DNA of 59,656 nt, the filler included, from Sanchytrium tribonematis (lineage: Eukaryota): the NCBI GenBank assembly GCA_018985235.1. It is 5 parts of 5 records of this genome, joined end to end, with 100 filler letters (N's around TTAATTAATTAA, not from the genome) between each part and the next. Parts side by side here need not be neighbours in the genome. Positions count along the whole stretch, not along the records: positions 52,820 to 59,656 come from JADGIG010000490.1; 4 more parts are not named here. The stretch is one strand, 5' to 3'. This document shows positions 57,444 to 59,656 of the stretch, piece after piece; positions within the stretch are counted from its first letter, which is position 1; the number at the start of each line of letters is the position of its first letter. Under the pieces are notes generated by a model, which did not search any database, was not told the origin of the DNA, and saw only the letters and a program-made list of their open reading frames with translations. The position numbers and the translations under genes were made by a program.

Positions 57444-58849
57444 TTATACAAGAATCATCAATAAAATGGCTGCAAAATACTTTACATTTGCACTTGATGA
57501 CGTGGTTTGTGTAGCCATGGCTGATTTAATCTCATCAGAATGCGCGGATGCCCAATTTAAGATACTTTGATCGATTGTCTTGTCTTTTACAGCCTCTTTG
57601 GTTGACGTGGAAGTCATAGATGTCGTTGTAGATGTAATACTGGTAGAATTGCTCTAAATGAGTAATAAAAAACCATTGAAACCATATTGGTACCAGCTGG
57701 AGGGATCTGGTTGCCATCATCATTCTGTTCGTGATGTGATTCATCATCAGTTGCCATGGCTTCTGCATGCGTCCATGTTTTGGAAGTTTTCTCCACGTTT
57801 GAAGAGTAACTCATTGAAGTCCATGATTTGCTAGTCCAGGTAATGGACTGAGATGACTGAGTAAAAGCCAAACTGGAACTAGAAACACCATCTTGAGTGC
57901 TAGAGATGCTTTGGGAAGTTCTGATAGAACTAGTTGCTAAAGTACTCGATTCTTTTGGGTTACAAGCTTCTTGGGAGAATCCATGGCAAACAAACTCCAA
58001 ACAGATCATGATTTTAGTAAAAGTGACGTTTCTTTGCTCATTTTGGATTCCAAATCTGAAAAGCAATGAAGTCGCGTTTTCGCTTGCTATTCTCATTCCC
58101 AAACTTAATTCGTCCAATGTTGGGAAGTATTGTTGTTGTTTATCATCAATTACATCCATACCGACAAATGTACTAGCAGATACCTCCATTTCTTCCTTTG
58201 AAAAAGTCCCATCTTTAAATTCCATGAAAAATCTTACCAACTGAGGATCAATCATGATTGGAGATCCATCATCTTGTAATTCTACTTCAAATGTAGCAGA
58301 GCCATCCAAATTTTGGATGAAATATTCCGCGCACACCAAATTACTTTGATCGAATTTTTTCAATTCTTCATCACAAACACGAAATCCGCTGCAATGATCC
58401 AGATCATGAGCATCTAAGTCACATAATTCTGCTCTATAGATCCCCAATTCATCAAATGCAGTGGTGTTAAACACGTCAAATTCTAATAAAATGTGATTTA
58501 ATCCCCCAGATGTCATAATATCAGTCACATTCACATCAATTCCATTTTGTAGCTCCTCAATAGTAGGTAATTCTGGAATAGCTTCACAGTCATTATCCCC
58601 ACACACTTTTACTGCAGTCAAATTCACGTTTTCATAGTTTCTAAAGTTATAAATCAACTTATACTCTCCAGAATAGAATGTATGAAGACCAGTGGCGACA
58701 CTTTTAAAGTAGTTTTGAACAAAACCCGTAGCAACCAATTCAGTTGTTTCTACTTGATTTTGTGTCAATTTCACTGGATTTTTCTCACAAATCGACAAAG
58801 GTCTGACAGATTCTGACATTAATCCATTCAACACTGTAATAAACAACAT
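57444..58849 (-). CDS. Secreted Ser/Thr-rich GPI-anchored protein; exons 58849-57674 and 57653-57444
   Basis: Signal peptide, internally duplicated globular region, S/T stalk; splicing adds SNSTSITSTT...SSSANVKYFAAILLMILV*. Confidence 0.75.
57654..57673 (-). other. 20-nt intron GTTTTTTATTACTCATTTAG
   Basis: Matches the intron consensus; removal continues the S/T stalk into a GPI signal. Confidence 0.85.
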
Positions 58850-58950
58850 TTAGAAACTGGGGACACGCTTTCTATTTATATTCAGACGTGTTATTATTAA
58901 TCCAATCAAATGGATTTCTAAGCAACGTGTGTTGAAACATGTCAAATATT

Positions 58951-59499
58951 TTATTGTTTTCCATTTTCAAGAATTTGATCCACCGACCATTGATCATATG
59001 GATCCAATCCATAATGAATTGCAATAATTTTACCATTTTTAATCATAATTTCCATTGGTAATTGATTTTTACCCGCTTCATCCCCATTTCTTTTATATGA
59101 TTTTACCAAACTCAACCCTTCTTTAACAACTTTTAATATTTTAGGATGTAAAAATGCAGTTTTACTCGCTGTAAATGCCCCTAATTCTTTATAAAGTAAT
59201 TTATCAGGATCAGCAATAAATTCCAATTCTGATGCCCATTCTGCTGTTCCCTGATTCTCTAAAATGACATCTGCTGTAGAATGAAATACAAATAATGATC
59301 TGATGCCTGCATTTTTAATATCTGGTATTCTAGAAGATAATAGTTTTAAATAAACATTACAAATAGGACATCCAGAAAATCGACGTAACACCAAATGAAT
59401 GATTTCATTAGATTTAAACAAGTCAATCTCATCATTTTTGACTGTTTTCAACTCATTTTTAGGGAATTGATCACCAACATGAAATTTCTCAACTTTCAT
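58951..59499 (-). CDS. AhpC/TSA peroxiredoxin-like (PRXL2-type) protein
   Basis: RRFSGCPIC, FHS, IADPDKLLY, YDQWSVDQIL. Confidence 0.85.
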   Translation of the reverse strand: MKVEKFHVGDQFPKNELKTVKNDEIDLFKSNEIIHLVLRRFSGCPICNVYLKLLSSRIPDIKNAGIRSLFVFHSTADVILENQGTAEWASELEFIADPDKLLYKELGAFTASKTAFLHPKILKVVKEGLSLVKSYKRNGDEAGKNQLPMEIMIKNGKIIAIHYGLDPYDQWSVDQILENGKQ

Positions 59500-59625
59500 T
59501 CTGTTTCAAAAATAATCTGAAAATAATTATAGTAATTTCAAATTGTATATTCCCGATCACTGTTTATTTTTAGCAATACCCACTTGCTCATCCAAATATG
59601 CTTTAGCAGGCATCTCAAATCTCAA

Positions 59626-59656
59626 ATGAATGTAGAGAAATTTCATGTTGGTGATC
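59626..59656 (+). CDS. 5' end of a divergently oriented paralog of the AhpC/TSA gene
   Basis: MNVEKFHVGD vs MKVEKFHVGD. Confidence 0.75.
   Translation, partial: MNVEKFHVGD

Noticed and set aside
4081..57673. Split ORFs as pseudogenes, programmed frameshifts or stop-codon reassignment
   Set aside because: Each break carries a GT..TNAYNTAG 19/20-mer whose removal restores conserved motifs, and conserved genes end normally at TAA/TAG.
1575..58244. Many short antisense or nested ORFs in the track (e.g. 1575-1955, 9451-9927, 24195-24653, 57897-58244)
   Set aside because: Shadow frames of well-supported genes with no recognisable motifs.
1..59656. tRNA, rRNA or snRNA genes
   Set aside because: None recognised by eye; tRNAscan-SE/Infernal on the larger spacers (5883-6262, 39459-39955, 47855-48383) would be needed to exclude them.

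Overview
Eukaryotic, AT-rich, extremely gene-dense DNA, not prokaryotic. The window is five contigs (1-6860, 6961-38812, 38913-45769, 45870-52719, 52820-59656) joined by artificial 100-nt linkers (44N-TTAATTAATTAA-44N), so adjacency across linkers is meaningless. Gene content (myosin-motor-like N-terminus of the chitin synthase type, SUR7/PalI-like, Gin4/Hsl1-type kinase, Cub1-like, Pex19, Coa1, mitochondrial enzymes) points to a compact-genome, early-diverging fungus or fungal relative. That placement is inference; a sanchytrid-like lineage is my unverified guess. Two main results. (1) Twelve broken ORFs are each repaired by removing one ultra-small GT-AG intron of exactly 19 nt (8 cases) or 20 nt (4 cases), and all twelve end in TNAYNTAG, implying a branch A fixed 6 nt from the 3' end. 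(2) A contig with clearly eukaryotic genes carries a frameshifted, catalytically degenerate homolog of bacterial Abi/UG-type antiphage reverse transcriptases, next to a CmcJ/NvfI-like oxygenase, with the block bracketed by two inverted paralogs of a small secreted protein. Other notable items: a beta-helix-EGF-7TM-PH receptor, a CaMK fused to a pseudo-EEP domain, a tyrosine-recombinase-like core-binding domain, head-to-head paralog pairs, and RPL39 missed by the ORF track. All family assignments come from motif recognition by eye, not from searches.
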